From positions 1-51,270 of IMG/VR virus record IMGVR_UViG_3300009167_000002: DNA of 51,270 bases; one strand, written 5' to 3'. Each line of letters starts with the position of its first letter. The first letter of the stretch is position 1. The notes under the pieces were generated by a model. The model saw nothing but the letters and a program-made list of their open reading frames with translations. It had not been told where the DNA came from and searched no databases. Shown here piece by piece: positions 28,703 to 38,074 of this stretch. The position numbers were made by a program, and so were the translations under genes. This DNA comes from a virus (taxonomy: Duplodnaviria; Caudoviricetes).

Positions 28703-29476
28703 ATGGCAACAGCATTACCAGAATCAGTAGTACAAGCAAGAGAAGCAGCAACACAGGCACAGGCCACGGCTGGACAACTGGGTGCAATGGAACCCAGTAT
28801 CTCTGATGTGTTAAGACAAAAGATTACTGAAGCCTATGCGAATAATCAGGATATAGTAGGGCCATTGGATGTAGCAACTACAGAATATCTTGGTGCACCA
28901 ATGGCAGCAAGGGAGAAGTATCAAAACATATTTAATCCTTTCCAAAGAGAGAATCTTGTTCAGCAATATCAAGGTAATAAAGCACTACCTATGCTTATGT
29001 ACTCTAATATGATGGGCAATAGATTAAATACTGCAGAAGATATTATCGGTGCAGGAACTAGAGGGTTTCAATCACAGGTAGCAGCAGCACAAGCAAAAGC
29101 AACACAAGCTCAACAGAACTATACAAATCTTTTAAATGAATACCAACTTACTAAACCAGAAACTAAACAACTTGATGTGGGGAATGAAATACTATTCTTG
29201 GATGAAGAGGGAAATATAATCCAAAGATTTAAGAAAGGTGCTGCACCAAGTACGGCTGCTCCAAAAAGTGCACTTGAAAAACTTATGGAATTGAAATTAG
29301 CAGAACTATATGGGCTTGATACTGGAAACAATGGTGATGGTGGCGGTGGTGTTAATATTTCTACCAAGCCACAACCCCCAGACTTATATGAATTTATAAA
29401 CAAAGACTTTGATTCTTATGATGGACAATGGCATTGGGTTGCTAGTAAAAAAGATTGGTTTCCTATATTTGATTAA
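28703..29476 (+). CDS. Putative internal virion/ejection protein
   Basis: Ala/Gln-rich helical; position after tail genes. Confidence 0.5.
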   Translation: MATALPESVVQAREAATQAQATAGQLGAMEPSISDVLRQKITEAYANNQDIVGPLDVATTEYLGAPMAAREKYQNIFNPFQRENLVQQYQGNKALPMLMYSNMMGNRLNTAEDIIGAGTRGFQSQVAAAQAKATQAQQNYTNLLNEYQLTKPETKQLDVGNEILFLDEEGNIIQRFKKGAAPSTAAPKSALEKLMELKLAELYGLDTGNNGDGGGGVNISTKPQPPDLYEFINKDFDSYDGQWHWVASKKDWFPIFD

Positions 29477-29478
29477 AT

Positions 29479-30168
29479 ATGAAAGTTTATAGTAGAAGTT
29501 TAGGTAAAGTAATAGATGTAGATGAGAATACCATAAAAACTGGTATGGGTGCTACTAGTTCTACTGGAACCATGCGTTCACCTGGAACAATGCCAGCGAG
29601 AACGACACCTACAATGCAAACAGGCGGTACTACTTCCACTGGTGGAACAGATTTATCTGGATTACAACAATTACTGGGTTTATACGCTTTATCAAAGGGT
29701 AATCCAACTGGAGCGTGGACTATACTTTCTGAAACTACAGGCGGTGCTACTCCAGCAGAAACATCAAGAGCAAAATCTGGCATACTTGCTGGAGAAAGAG
29801 TGAGAGGTTATGATACAAAAACTCTTGAAAAAACTGGAACTTCAAAAGCATGGGTATTATATGCAAAATTAAATGCACCCATTAAAATTTTTCAATCAGC
29901 TATTAAAAAAGATGAAAAAGATTTAGCATCTCTCGATTCGGATTACTTTAAACTTACACAGGCATATTTAACAGCAGTACAAGGTTCACGCCCATCTGAT
30001 TATGACGCAAGAATGTATCAAAATCGTGCAGGTCCAAGTATAATGCTACCACATTATGTTAATGAACAAAGAGTTGAAACTATGATAGATGATATGATGT
30101 CAAGGGCTGGTATAACTACATCAACAACTACTAAAAAACCCTCACTTGAATCCTTTATAACAGAATAA
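29479..30168 (+). CDS. Putative internal virion/ejection protein
   Basis: Gly/Thr-rich N-part; position. Confidence 0.45.
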   Translation: MKVYSRSLGKVIDVDENTIKTGMGATSSTGTMRSPGTMPARTTPTMQTGGTTSTGGTDLSGLQQLLGLYALSKGNPTGAWTILSETTGGATPAETSRAKSGILAGERVRGYDTKTLEKTGTSKAWVLYAKLNAPIKIFQSAIKKDEKDLASLDSDYFKLTQAYLTAVQGSRPSDYDARMYQNRAGPSIMLPHYVNEQRVETMIDDMMSRAGITTSTTTKKPSLESFITE

Positions 30169-30169
30169 T

Positions 30170-31078
30170 ATGGCAACATTTAATAGACGAGCAGCATTAG
30201 ACGCAGGATGGAGTCCTGCTGCCGTTGCATCTTTCACAAGAGAACTTGAACTTAAAGAGAAAGAAGCAAAACAACCGAAGGGACTGAGAACATTAAAGAA
30301 TGTTGGTAGTACTATAGGAAAAACTGTAGGAGGAGTAGCTAAGTTTGCTTTTCCCAGTACAACCAACCTGGTAAAAGAATCATTTTCAAATCCAGAAAAG
30401 GCTAAAGAACTTAGTAAGAAAGAATGGTATGAATATATATCTCCAGGTGCAACAATGTTGAGACAAGACGAACTTGGTGCTGCAACTAGAGAAATTTTTA
30501 GTTACATGGCACTAAAAGAACTTTTACCTTGGCTTACTAAATCAAAAATTGGAGGTGGTGTTGCAGGTAAGGCTACTCAAGCTGCTGCAAAAGCTACTGA
30601 AGCGGGTAAGTCTACGCCCTGGAATACAGTTACTGGCAAAATTACTGGAGCTGTAGAGAAAAAACTAGGCAAACCCAAAGAAGTAACTACTGCATTAAGA
30701 ACATTGATTGAAGAAAAAACACCAGCCCAATTTGCCGAGAAAGCAACAATGAATCCAACCGAACTTTTAGATTGGCGGAGACAAATTCAAGCAAGAGGAG
30801 GCAAAACCTTTCTTCAGAGAGCATTTCAAGGAAGCAATGTACCAGAAAAAGTTGAATCTATTGCCCGTTCAGAAATAAGTAAACTGGTTCATCAATATGC
30901 ACCAGGAACAAAGATACCCGACCTTTTATATAGGTTATATAGTGGACCCTTGGGTAGTCCTATTCCTGCTGCATTAAAGATTGGAGGAGCAACTCTTGGA
31001 TATTCAAGTATATATTCGGCTCTTAGAAATTTAATGGGTGGCAATCAAGGGAATGTTTATGGTGTTGCGGGAGAATAA
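30170..31078 (+). CDS. Putative internal virion/ejection protein
   Basis: Basic Ala/Gly/Lys-rich with a hydrophobic C-terminus. Confidence 0.45.
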   Translation: MATFNRRAALDAGWSPAAVASFTRELELKEKEAKQPKGLRTLKNVGSTIGKTVGGVAKFAFPSTTNLVKESFSNPEKAKELSKKEWYEYISPGATMLRQDELGAATREIFSYMALKELLPWLTKSKIGGGVAGKATQAAAKATEAGKSTPWNTVTGKITGAVEKKLGKPKEVTTALRTLIEEKTPAQFAEKATMNPTELLDWRRQIQARGGKTFLQRAFQGSNVPEKVESIARSEISKLVHQYAPGTKIPDLLYRLYSGPLGSPIPAALKIGGATLGYSSIYSALRNLMGGNQGNVYGVAGE

Positions 31079-31085
31079 TTAAATT

Positions 31086-31460
31086 ATGAGTAAAGCAAAT
31101 AATGAATTCAACTGGACAGACAAGGTAACTCTCCAAGCCTACTTTGAAAAACTGATGGAGGAGCTTACCAAAGCTAATGAAAAAAGGTTTGACGAACTGG
31201 AAGATAAGGTAGAATTGCGGTTTCAATTAAACCAGACAGCTTTAGACAAAGCAGAAACAGCTACAAACATAAGACTTGAAAGTATGAATGAGTTTAGAAA
31301 TGCCATGAAAGACCAGTCAAATAAATATTTAACTTGCACCGAGTATGAAACTAAACACCAACTTATACTTGAAAAAATAGATTCGTTACAAAGATTGTCT
31401 TATATGTTGATTGGTGCTTTAGCAATAGTGGAATTTCTATTTAAGTTTTTCATAAAATAA
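31086..31460 (+). CDS. Coiled-coil protein with C-terminal TM helix (holin/XhlA-like lysis accessory)
   Basis: Heptad pattern then LSYMLIGALAIVEFLFKFF; precedes the lysin. Confidence 0.5.
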   Translation: MSKANNEFNWTDKVTLQAYFEKLMEELTKANEKRFDELEDKVELRFQLNQTALDKAETATNIRLESMNEFRNAMKDQSNKYLTCTEYETKHQLILEKIDSLQRLSYMLIGALAIVEFLFKFFIK

Positions 31461-31533
31461 GCGAAAATTGAAAAAACGTTTAGCCTTTCTAAAATTTTAC
31501 AAAATTTCTATAACTTAAATTATAACGATAATC

Positions 31534-32127
31534 ATGCTTAGTCCAGATCAATTCTTTGGTAAATACGATCAAAAATACATTGATTTTGATGGATATTACG
31601 GATACCAGTGTATGGACTTATACAGACAATATGTTCAAGAGTGCCTTGGTTTTCCCCAATCTCCTCCTGTTGCGGGTGCAAAAGATGTTTGGAATACTTA
31701 CCTTACCGAATACTTTGATAGGATAGACAATACAATAGAGGCAATACCTATTAAAGGAGATATTGTTATTTGGGGGGAGGGTGCGGGGACTTACGGACAC
31801 ATAGCGGTATGCAAGGATGGAATACAGACGGAATTTAATTCATTTGACCAGAATTGGCCTGTTAATTCTCCATGCCATTTCCAGAAGCATAACTACAACT
31901 ATGTACTTGGTTGGTTAAGAGCAAAAGTTATAACGCAATCAACCACTACAACAACTCAAACTACAAGCACTACCAGTACCACTTTAACTACAAACCCACC
32001 TCCTGATGCACCTGGTGAGGTCATAGAACTAAAAAATAAGCTGACATCTATTTATAATATTATTTGGGGTAAGGGATGGCCATGGAGCAAAATCAATCAA
32101 ATAAAGGCAATATTGCCAAGGGGGTGA
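31534..32127 (+). CDS. CHAP-domain endolysin (amidase/endopeptidase)
   Basis: DFDGYYGYQCMDL, KGDIVIW, YGHIAV, FDQNW; Thr-rich linker. Confidence 0.88.
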   Translation: MLSPDQFFGKYDQKYIDFDGYYGYQCMDLYRQYVQECLGFPQSPPVAGAKDVWNTYLTEYFDRIDNTIEAIPIKGDIVIWGEGAGTYGHIAVCKDGIQTEFNSFDQNWPVNSPCHFQKHNYNYVLGWLRAKVITQSTTTTTQTTSTTSTTLTTNPPPDAPGEVIELKNKLTSIYNIIWGKGWPWSKINQIKAILPRG

Positions 32128-32129
32128 GA

Positions 32130-32339
32130 ATGATGAAAATACTTTGGGAAAGCATTAAAGAACCATTAAGAGAAATTGTTTTGGCGGTTATTCCAGTCCT
32201 CTTGGTTTACTTTGGGGCAATCAATCAATGGTGGGCCGTTGCAATTTATATAGTTTTAAGAGGCATAGATTCCTACTTGCACGAATTGGGTAAAATACAA
32301 GCAAACAAAAAGTTAATAACAGGTATCACTAGATTTTGA
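32130..32339 (+). CDS. Putative holin
   Basis: Small, two hydrophobic segments, dual Met start, SD GGGGTGA, follows the lysin. Confidence 0.6.
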   Translation: MMKILWESIKEPLREIVLAVIPVLLVYFGAINQWWAVAIYIVLRGIDSYLHELGKIQANKKLITGITRF

Positions 32340-32524
32340 TGGAAAGAGAACCGATAAATTCCAATCTAGTTGTTATAGCAAAATGCGAAAACTGCGACTG
32401 GGTTTATTCTTACGATACCAATAGATTTGATTCCCAGAATGATTTGAAATATGTTGCGGGAGTGGCTGAGGCACATGCACAAAATACCTACCATTCCGTA
32501 GACATATCCATTGTTAGATTATGA
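32339..32524 (+). CDS. Small Zn-binding hypothetical protein
   Basis: CENC...H...H. Confidence 0.55.
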   Translation: MEREPINSNLVVIAKCENCDWVYSYDTNRFDSQNDLKYVAGVAEAHAQNTYHSVDISIVRL

Positions 32525-32525
32525 A

Positions 32526-33125
32526 ATGTCTTTTAAAGAAAGAACTGCACAATTCTGGCACAAAGTAGCGGATTTTAAATGCCAATATGTAATTTATAAT
32601 GAAGAGAGTGGATTCCACGATTGCAATAGAACCTCACGGCACGTACACCACATAATTCCAGAGGGAACGGATTTATCCAAAGGAAACGACAGCGAACACG
32701 CAATAGGATTACCTTTATGCGAACAACACCATGTAAGAAATATTGGCGATGAGGAATATTCCGAAGACTTTTCTTTTCACCCTGACGCTGGATATGCTTA
32801 CAGGCATTATCATACTTACAAGATGGCCGTAGGGCATTTTAGAGAGATTACGGGTTTCAAAGACAGCAATGTTCCTTTTCAATCTCCGTTTCAAGATATG
32901 GTGGATGAACACCACAGGAAACAAGCAAAGGGAGAAAGGTATCATGCTGGTACTCCAGAGTTGGATGAATTCTATATAAGAAAGATGAAAATTAAACTAC
33001 ACAGATATTTGCTTGAACACCCAGAAGATAGAAAACCTGACACAACTCCAAATCCGAGGTATAATCCAAGAAAGAAGCGTCATTGGTACAGCAACTTCTT
33101 TGACGGAAAAGATGAAAAAGATTAA
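32526..33125 (+). CDS. HNH-like endonuclease
   Basis: CQY...C...HVHHIIP...LCEQHH. Confidence 0.55.
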   Translation: MSFKERTAQFWHKVADFKCQYVIYNEESGFHDCNRTSRHVHHIIPEGTDLSKGNDSEHAIGLPLCEQHHVRNIGDEEYSEDFSFHPDAGYAYRHYHTYKMAVGHFREITGFKDSNVPFQSPFQDMVDEHHRKQAKGERYHAGTPELDEFYIRKMKIKLHRYLLEHPEDRKPDTTPNPRYNPRKKRHWYSNFFDGKDEKD

Positions 33126-33258
33126 ATGTAAATATTGCAGGGAATTATTCTACCCGACATGCACAAGAAATATTATTTGTGTTTATTGTCAAGATAATGT
33201 AAGCCGTATAAAAAAATACCAGCCGAGTAGAATAAAGGACTCCACAAGGCTGGGATAA
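33112..33258 (+). CDS. Small Zn-finger protein
   Basis: CKYC...CVYC. Confidence 0.45.
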   Translation: MKKIKCKYCRELFYPTCTRNIICVYCQDNVSRIKKYQPSRIKDSTRLG

Positions 33259-33278
33259 TCTATTATAAAACTAAAAAG

Positions 33279-33313
33279 CCCTTCTTGACAAGTATCAAGA
33301 AGGGACTTATATT
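33279..33313 (+). promoter_or_regulatory. Sigma70-like promoter TTGACA-17-TATATT overlapped by a 10-bp inverted repeat
   Basis: TTGACA 33285-33290, TATATT 33308-33313; cccttcttga/tcaagaaggg 33279-33304. Confidence 0.6.
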
Positions 33314-33333
33314 TAGTTATTACTATTACTACT

Positions 33334-33615
33334 ATGAATAGTTTACCACAGCAACACAAATTAATCAAACTTCAAGTAAAAAAAATATGGTACGGTGATT
33401 CTTCTTACGGTAAAGCAAAGATTACACTACGAAGTTACTGGGTTAATGAAGCAATCAGAAAAGGCCATAGTATAGATGTTATCTACAATGACAGACACAT
33501 GATACTAACTCCAAGGAAACTTAAATCCCCAGTTGGTGAAAGAATATTCAAATCAAAAATTGGTGCAGAAGATTACAGTTTACTTGATTATTTTTGGCAA
33601 CCAGTTGACCTTTAA
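33334..33615 (+). CDS. Hypothetical protein
   Basis: ORF directly downstream of the promoter. Confidence 0.6.
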   Translation: MNSLPQQHKLIKLQVKKIWYGDSSYGKAKITLRSYWVNEAIRKGHSIDVIYNDRHMILTPRKLKSPVGERIFKSKIGAEDYSLLDYFWQPVDL

Positions 33616-33835
33616 CATTTGCGTTGTATTTATTGAAGTTGAAACATACTTGGCAAATGGTTGTTTTGTTATATCTTGAGAAATCGTATTGCTCTTGTCC
33701 CTGCACTGAAAGAATGCAGGTGGGCATTAAGACTTTGAGATTTGTCAGTGTTAAAACGATTCTTAGGAACAATTCCGTAACGCAGGTAAACCGCCAAATC
33801 GGAGGGGGGGAGATTTTTTTATATCTAATAAGAGA

Positions 33836-34000
33836 ATGTTAAGTAAGAATATAAATCCAAAAGAATATGTAATTAAAACTTTTAAGACTTGCAACGGTAA
33901 AAGAATAACTGAAGTTTTAAAGCATTATTACAAACATGTAAACTATTACAAGAATGATGCTTATAAAACCGCCCTGGAAATATTCAAAGATACCCCTTGA
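33836..34000 (+). CDS. Hypothetical 54-aa protein (not in track)
   Basis: MLSKNINPKEYVIKTFKTC...KDTP open frame. Confidence 0.4.
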   Translation: MLSKNINPKEYVIKTFKTCNGKRITEVLKHYYKHVNYYKNDAYKTALEIFKDTP

Positions 34001-34025
34001 CAACTACTATAAAGTATAGTATTAT
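33997..34025 (+). promoter_or_regulatory. Sigma70-like promoter TTGACA-17-TATTAT, leaderless to ATG 34033
   Basis: Perfect -35 and correct spacing. Confidence 0.6.
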
Positions 34026-34032
34026 AACAATA

Positions 34033-34215
34033 ATGAATACAGATAATGATGAAGTAGATACAAGATGGGACTATGAACCGCATGTAGAAGAGACAGATGA
34101 TGTTTGCCCAGAATGCGGAAGTAATAAAATGATTAGATATATGCAGTTAAACGGCCCAGATGATTATTGCTGGATATATTCTTGTCGCAACTGCGGTGCT
34201 ACACAATCAACATGA
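34033..34215 (+). CDS. Zn-ribbon protein
   Basis: CPECG...CRNCG. Confidence 0.65.
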   Translation: MNTDNDEVDTRWDYEPHVEETDDVCPECGSNKMIRYMQLNGPDDYCWIYSCRNCGATQST

Positions 34216-34406
34216 ATATAGATAAAGTTGTAAACAAAAGAATAAAAGAGATAAGCGAATTCTGCGACATTCAATACGTCAAGCATCTGGATTATATTAC
34301 TCTGGTATTAAAAGAGATGTACTATCGGGGTAAGGTTGAAGGACTTAAAAGAAAGGGGAGTGCTTATGGATATGATAAAAAAACAACAGGAACTGGTACA
34401 GATTAA
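34212..34406 (+). CDS. Hypothetical protein
   Basis: ATGA-coupled. Confidence 0.55.
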   Translation: MNIDKVVNKRIKEISEFCDIQYVKHLDYITLVLKEMYYRGKVEGLKRKGSAYGYDKKTTGTGTD

Positions 34407-34569
34407 AAACCTTGTCCACTTAAAGATGTATTATGATGTGGGGAATGACGAGATACTTTTCGAGAAAGATAACGTCTACTTTGCTCTTACTAAGAGTGAG
34501 ATATTTCCAGCCTTGCGGGGTTTAATAAGCGGTATTCAGAGATTTTATAAACGTAAACACAAAAAATGA
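34366..34569 (+). CDS. Hypothetical protein
   Basis: SD GGGGAG upstream. Confidence 0.55.
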   Translation: MDMIKKQQELVQIKNLVHLKMYYDVGNDEILFEKDNVYFALTKSEIFPALRGLISGIQRFYKRKHKK

Positions 34570-34751
34570 GCAAAAGTGATGTTTTTTATAGTAATTTGTC
34601 TGGAGGAGTAGGAACTTTTAACAGACCAAGAAGAATGATGACCGCTGAACATCTTGGTGCTGCTCATTCGAGGGGAAAGAGAAAGTGTAAAAAATGTGGC
34701 GGTATTTTTGAGGCAAAAACTACGGGAAAATATTGCATTGATTGTAGATAA
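34566..34751 (+). CDS. Small Zn-finger protein
   Basis: CKKCG...YCIDCR. Confidence 0.6.
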   Translation: MSKSDVFYSNLSGGVGTFNRPRRMMTAEHLGAAHSRGKRKCKKCGGIFEAKTTGKYCIDCR

Positions 34752-34774
34752 TTAAAGTTTTGATAAGTTAAAAA

Positions 34775-34858
34775 ATGAAAAATAAATACGAAGCAATTTA
34801 TACATTTTTATATGTAGCTATAGTTATATTCACAATGGCATTTATGTGGTTTAAATAA
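34775..34858 (+). CDS. 27-aa single-TM peptide
   Basis: MKNKYEAIYTFLYVAIVIFTMAFMWFK fills the gap. Confidence 0.4.
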   Translation: MKNKYEAIYTFLYVAIVIFTMAFMWFK

Positions 34859-34864
34859 AACAAT

Positions 34865-35104
34865 ATGATAATCAAAGATTTAACTTATACAATTAAAAAA
34901 GGAATGCCCAACTATAGCAGTGTATCTGCTGGTATGACTGTAACCGTAGATAATATTGATGAGATTGATTCAGCATGGGACTATATGAAGCAAGAATGTG
35001 AATCTCAATGCAACTCCGATCCGTCATGGATAAACAAAGAAGACGAAAGAGAAAAAGAAAATAATAAAATTGCACAACAAAGGATTGAAGATACAAGGAG
35101 GTGA
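34865..35104 (+). CDS. Hypothetical protein
   Basis: ORF in the middle operon. Confidence 0.6.
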   Translation: MIIKDLTYTIKKGMPNYSSVSAGMTVTVDNIDEIDSAWDYMKQECESQCNSDPSWINKEDEREKENNKIAQQRIEDTRR

Positions 35105-35109
35105 TTGTT

Positions 35110-35457
35110 ATGAATTGGAAAGACTTAACAGGAGATTTACCAGAAACACACGACTTTGAAAAAGAAAAAACACTACAGGGAGTATTGATAGAAAAACAAG
35201 AGAATGTGGGTGCAAATAATTCTTTAGTATTTACATTTGAAAAAGAGGATACTCATGATAAAGTAGCTGTTTGGGGTAGTGCCGTATTGGATAAGATAAA
35301 TTCTTTGCCCATAGGTACACTTGTAAGGATAGAATATCTTGGACAAGTAAAGGGTAAAAGAGGAACATTTTTCAAGAATTATAAAATACAATTTGACCAG
35401 GATACAAAGCCAGAGAATGATATTGTAGAGATGGCACAAAAAGAATTCGGAGTATGA
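35110..35457 (+). CDS. Putative OB-fold single-stranded DNA-binding protein
   Basis: LQGVL...VWGSAVLD...GTLVRIEYLG...YKI; acidic/Phe tail; SD GGAGGTGA. Confidence 0.6.
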   Translation: MNWKDLTGDLPETHDFEKEKTLQGVLIEKQENVGANNSLVFTFEKEDTHDKVAVWGSAVLDKINSLPIGTLVRIEYLGQVKGKRGTFFKNYKIQFDQDTKPENDIVEMAQKEFGV

Positions 35458-35873
35458 GAGAACAATGGGATAAATACATTGATAACGTTGCGGGAATACT
35501 GGCCACCAAAGAGGGTTATCAGATTCTATTGGGTGAACAGGCCAGTGATGTCATTGATAAATTCGGTGCGTTTGCATTAAAAGATTTAGCCAGTGAGATC
35601 AAAGAAAGACACGGGATATCCACCTCCCATAAAACTCTTTACAATTATGCTTGGGTTATCAGAAAGACTAAACATCTTAACTTGCCAGAGGATATATCCT
35701 TTAGAGTGCGTCAGATGATTGCAGGGACACCAAATCCAGAGCACTGGGTTGATGAGATAAATAAAGGAATGTCGGGCCCAGAGGTTGCACACCATTTAAG
35801 GCCCACAGAAGATAATAATATTGTTTGTCCTTATTGCAAGAAAGAATTTAATGCCAAAAAGACTAAAAGGTAG
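35454..35873 (+). CDS. Hypothetical protein (helical, C-terminal CPYC)
   Basis: Coupled ORF. Confidence 0.55.
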   Translation: MREQWDKYIDNVAGILATKEGYQILLGEQASDVIDKFGAFALKDLASEIKERHGISTSHKTLYNYAWVIRKTKHLNLPEDISFRVRQMIAGTPNPEHWVDEINKGMSGPEVAHHLRPTEDNNIVCPYCKKEFNAKKTKR

Positions 35874-36243
35874 AAAGCTCTTAAACAGAAAATTGGACAC
35901 GGCTTTTTCTATACTTATAAGAAAGAAAGGCAGGTGTGAAAGATGCGGAAGAATGGATAGCCTACAGGATGCCCATGTAGTCCCCAAAACAAATAAGGCT
36001 TTACGGTGGGACATATTTAATCACTTATGTCTTTGTATAAGGTGTCATCTTTGGTTTGCCCATAAGGACCCGTTAGCGTTTACCGATTGGTTTTGTTCGG
36101 CATATCCCAATAGAGCCAAGTATTTAGAAGAGAACAGGACCAAGTTAAAAAAGCGCACAGAAGATGATTTAAAAGAATTATTAAGAAATATAGAAAATGA
36201 AGATTTACATAAACTTATTACATTTTTACAAGGAGGGGGGTGA
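35851..36243 (+). CDS. NinG/Rap-like HNH nuclease
   Basis: LDTAFSILIR, CERCG, AHVV, LRWD..N...LCIRCH. Confidence 0.75.
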   Translation: MPKRLKGRKLLNRKLDTAFSILIRKKGRCERCGRMDSLQDAHVVPKTNKALRWDIFNHLCLCIRCHLWFAHKDPLAFTDWFCSAYPNRAKYLEENRTKLKKRTEDDLKELLRNIENEDLHKLITFLQGGG

Positions 36244-36249
36244 GTATAT

Positions 36250-37005
36250 ATGAAAAAAATTATATGGATAATTATAGCAATAATTCTTTTAATTAGTCTT
36301 GGATATATTGTATGGGCAAGAGCATTTGTTAAAAACGCAGAGGCTCTTGTTATTAAAAGAGCATATTGCCACCATAACTCTGGAGAAAGGACATGGACTT
36401 ACCATTATAATACCGCATGGGTTCAGCACTTTTTAAATAACGGTTCGCCCAAAGCTGGACATGAGGGAGATTTCTTTACAGAAATAGGAGATAAAAATTG
36501 TGATGGCAAAGTTGACCCTACATTAACACCAACGCCTAAACCAACAAAAACTCCCAAACCAACACGAACACCAAAGCCGACAGAAACACCAGAGCCGAGT
36601 GAGACTCCCGAACCCAGTGAAACACCAGAACCAACGGTAACACCAGCTCCCACTGAAGAGCCAAAGCATGAGGATAGTTTTACTCAAGCATCGGCCCCGC
36701 AGTGTCAGGATGAGTCTGTTAAAGTTGGTCCTATTAATTTCCACATTTACAGGAAAGGAGATGTGGCCATTTGCAAATGGTTTCCTACGGGTGGTAATCT
36801 AGCTAACATTTATTATAAGAATGTTGATTCACCCACTTGGCAGTATAGTGTTACGGGTATATCAAACAACGGATATTACGAGATTAAAGGATTGGGAACT
36901 CTAGATATTACATTTGCCTTACAGCAATGTAATGGTTGCGGTTGCGGAGAACTTACCAATTATGTTGTTGATGGAGCCACTAATGGGTGGGTCTTATACA
37001 GGTAG
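36250..37005 (+). CDS. Exported/membrane-anchored protein with Pro-Thr stalk and Cys-rich Fn3-like domain
   Basis: N-terminal hydrophobic helix; TPKP/TPEPSE repeats; FALQQCNGCGCG. Confidence 0.7.
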   Translation: MKKIIWIIIAIILLISLGYIVWARAFVKNAEALVIKRAYCHHNSGERTWTYHYNTAWVQHFLNNGSPKAGHEGDFFTEIGDKNCDGKVDPTLTPTPKPTKTPKPTRTPKPTETPEPSETPEPSETPEPTVTPAPTEEPKHEDSFTQASAPQCQDESVKVGPINFHIYRKGDVAICKWFPTGGNLANIYYKNVDSPTWQYSVTGISNNGYYEIKGLGTLDITFALQQCNGCGCGELTNYVVDGATNGWVLYR

Positions 37006-37013
37006 GTTTATCG

Positions 37014-37044
37014 GTGGCTTTACTGAGGACAGCAGTAGAGCCAC
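37014..37044 (+). terminator. Stem-loop after the 36250 gene (stabiliser, processing site or weak terminator)
   Basis: gtggctttactg/cagtagagccac stem; no clear U-tract. Confidence 0.35.
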
Positions 37045-37055
37045 TAACTAAGCCC

Positions 37056-37193
37056 ATGAAAATAAAAGCAAAAATTATAGATAAACTGAAACGCTTATTT
37101 GAAATTAAATGTCCTAAATGCGGTTCTTATAGATTTTATAATACATACAGAGGAAAAAGGTGTGCTACCTGTGAATGGAGAAATAACGCATAG
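37056..37193 (+). CDS. Small Zn-ribbon protein
   Basis: CPKCG...CATC. Confidence 0.5.
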   Translation: MKIKAKIIDKLKRLFEIKCPKCGSYRFYNTYRGKRCATCEWRNNA

Positions 37194-37196
37194 AAT

Positions 37197-37304
37197 ATGA
37201 TTGAATTCCTAATAGCATCTGTATCAATACTGCTAACGGTTTTTACGATCTTTGCAATTGCAGTAATTATAAATTTCTATGAATATTATAAAGATAAAAA
37301 ATGA
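37197..37304 (+). CDS. 35-aa single-TM peptide
   Basis: MIEFLIASVSILLTVFTIFAIAVIINFYEYYKDKK; ATGA-coupled to the next gene. Confidence 0.5.
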   Translation: MIEFLIASVSILLTVFTIFAIAVIINFYEYYKDKK

Positions 37305-37579
37305 ATAAACAAACAAAAAAGATAGAGAATGTAAAGCTAAAGGCAAAGAAATTTTGGTTTGTTCAAACTTATGTTGGAGGACTAGAAACTAATTTTCGGG
37401 CAGGTTGGAAACTGGATATTTATAAAAGAAAAAAGGATATACCTGCGGGTTGCTTTGATGAAGTTGAAACACATTCTGTTGGATATATAACAGCAAAAGA
37501 TGAAGAGGAAGCGAAAAAAAAGTATTTAAAATATGAAAAAGAATTTTGGGCGGGTATTAATACGAAATTTTATATATGA
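37301..37579 (+). CDS. Hypothetical protein
   Basis: Coupled ORF. Confidence 0.6.
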   Translation: MNKQTKKIENVKLKAKKFWFVQTYVGGLETNFRAGWKLDIYKRKKDIPAGCFDEVETHSVGYITAKDEEEAKKKYLKYEKEFWAGINTKFYI

Positions 37580-37827
37580 ATAAACAAACAAAGGAGAAGA
37601 TGAGCGAATACCAAAGAGGTGCTTTAAATCAAGCCATGTTAGATGCAGATACAATTCAAAAAGAGAAAAGAGAATTATTAAAGAAATTGGAGAAGGAAAT
37701 AAAGATATGGAAAAAAGACGACTTTGTTGGACTAGAAGAATATGACGACCACGAAGCATTTATGTTTGTAAAAGGTTATAACCAAGCCCTATCTAATGTT
37801 TTAGATTTAATCAAGAAATATGAATAA
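37576..37827 (+). CDS. Hypothetical protein
   Basis: KGYNQAL motif common in small phage proteins. Confidence 0.6.
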   Translation: MNKQTKEKMSEYQRGALNQAMLDADTIQKEKRELLKKLEKEIKIWKKDDFVGLEEYDDHEAFMFVKGYNQALSNVLDLIKKYE

Positions 37828-38074
37828 AGAAAATCACAATATAAAATATCTTATAGAGGCTCTAATCAATGCTGGTTTAATTACGGCCACTACTTATATG
37901 GGTGCCAAGCAGGTAATCCACTACTGGGTACGTACAGGCAAACTGAGGTTACGTCAACGCCCCCACAATGGATATTATGTAGTCAATGATAAAGAAGTCC
38001 GTGATATCTTAAAAGAATTCAATGATGGCGGTAACGGCTTCTGGCACTATGACGATAAGAATAAACTAATTTAG
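37820..38074 (+). CDS. Putative MerR/excisionase-type HTH DNA-binding protein
   Basis: VIHYWVRTGKL...RPHNGYYV. Confidence 0.5.
   Translation: MNKENHNIKYLIEALINAGLITATTYMGAKQVIHYWVRTGKLRLRQRPHNGYYVVNDKEVRDILKEFNDGGNGFWHYDDKNKLI

Noticed and set aside
33624-33842. 72-aa ORF
   Set aside because: TTG start with no SD and atypical composition; region looks non-coding
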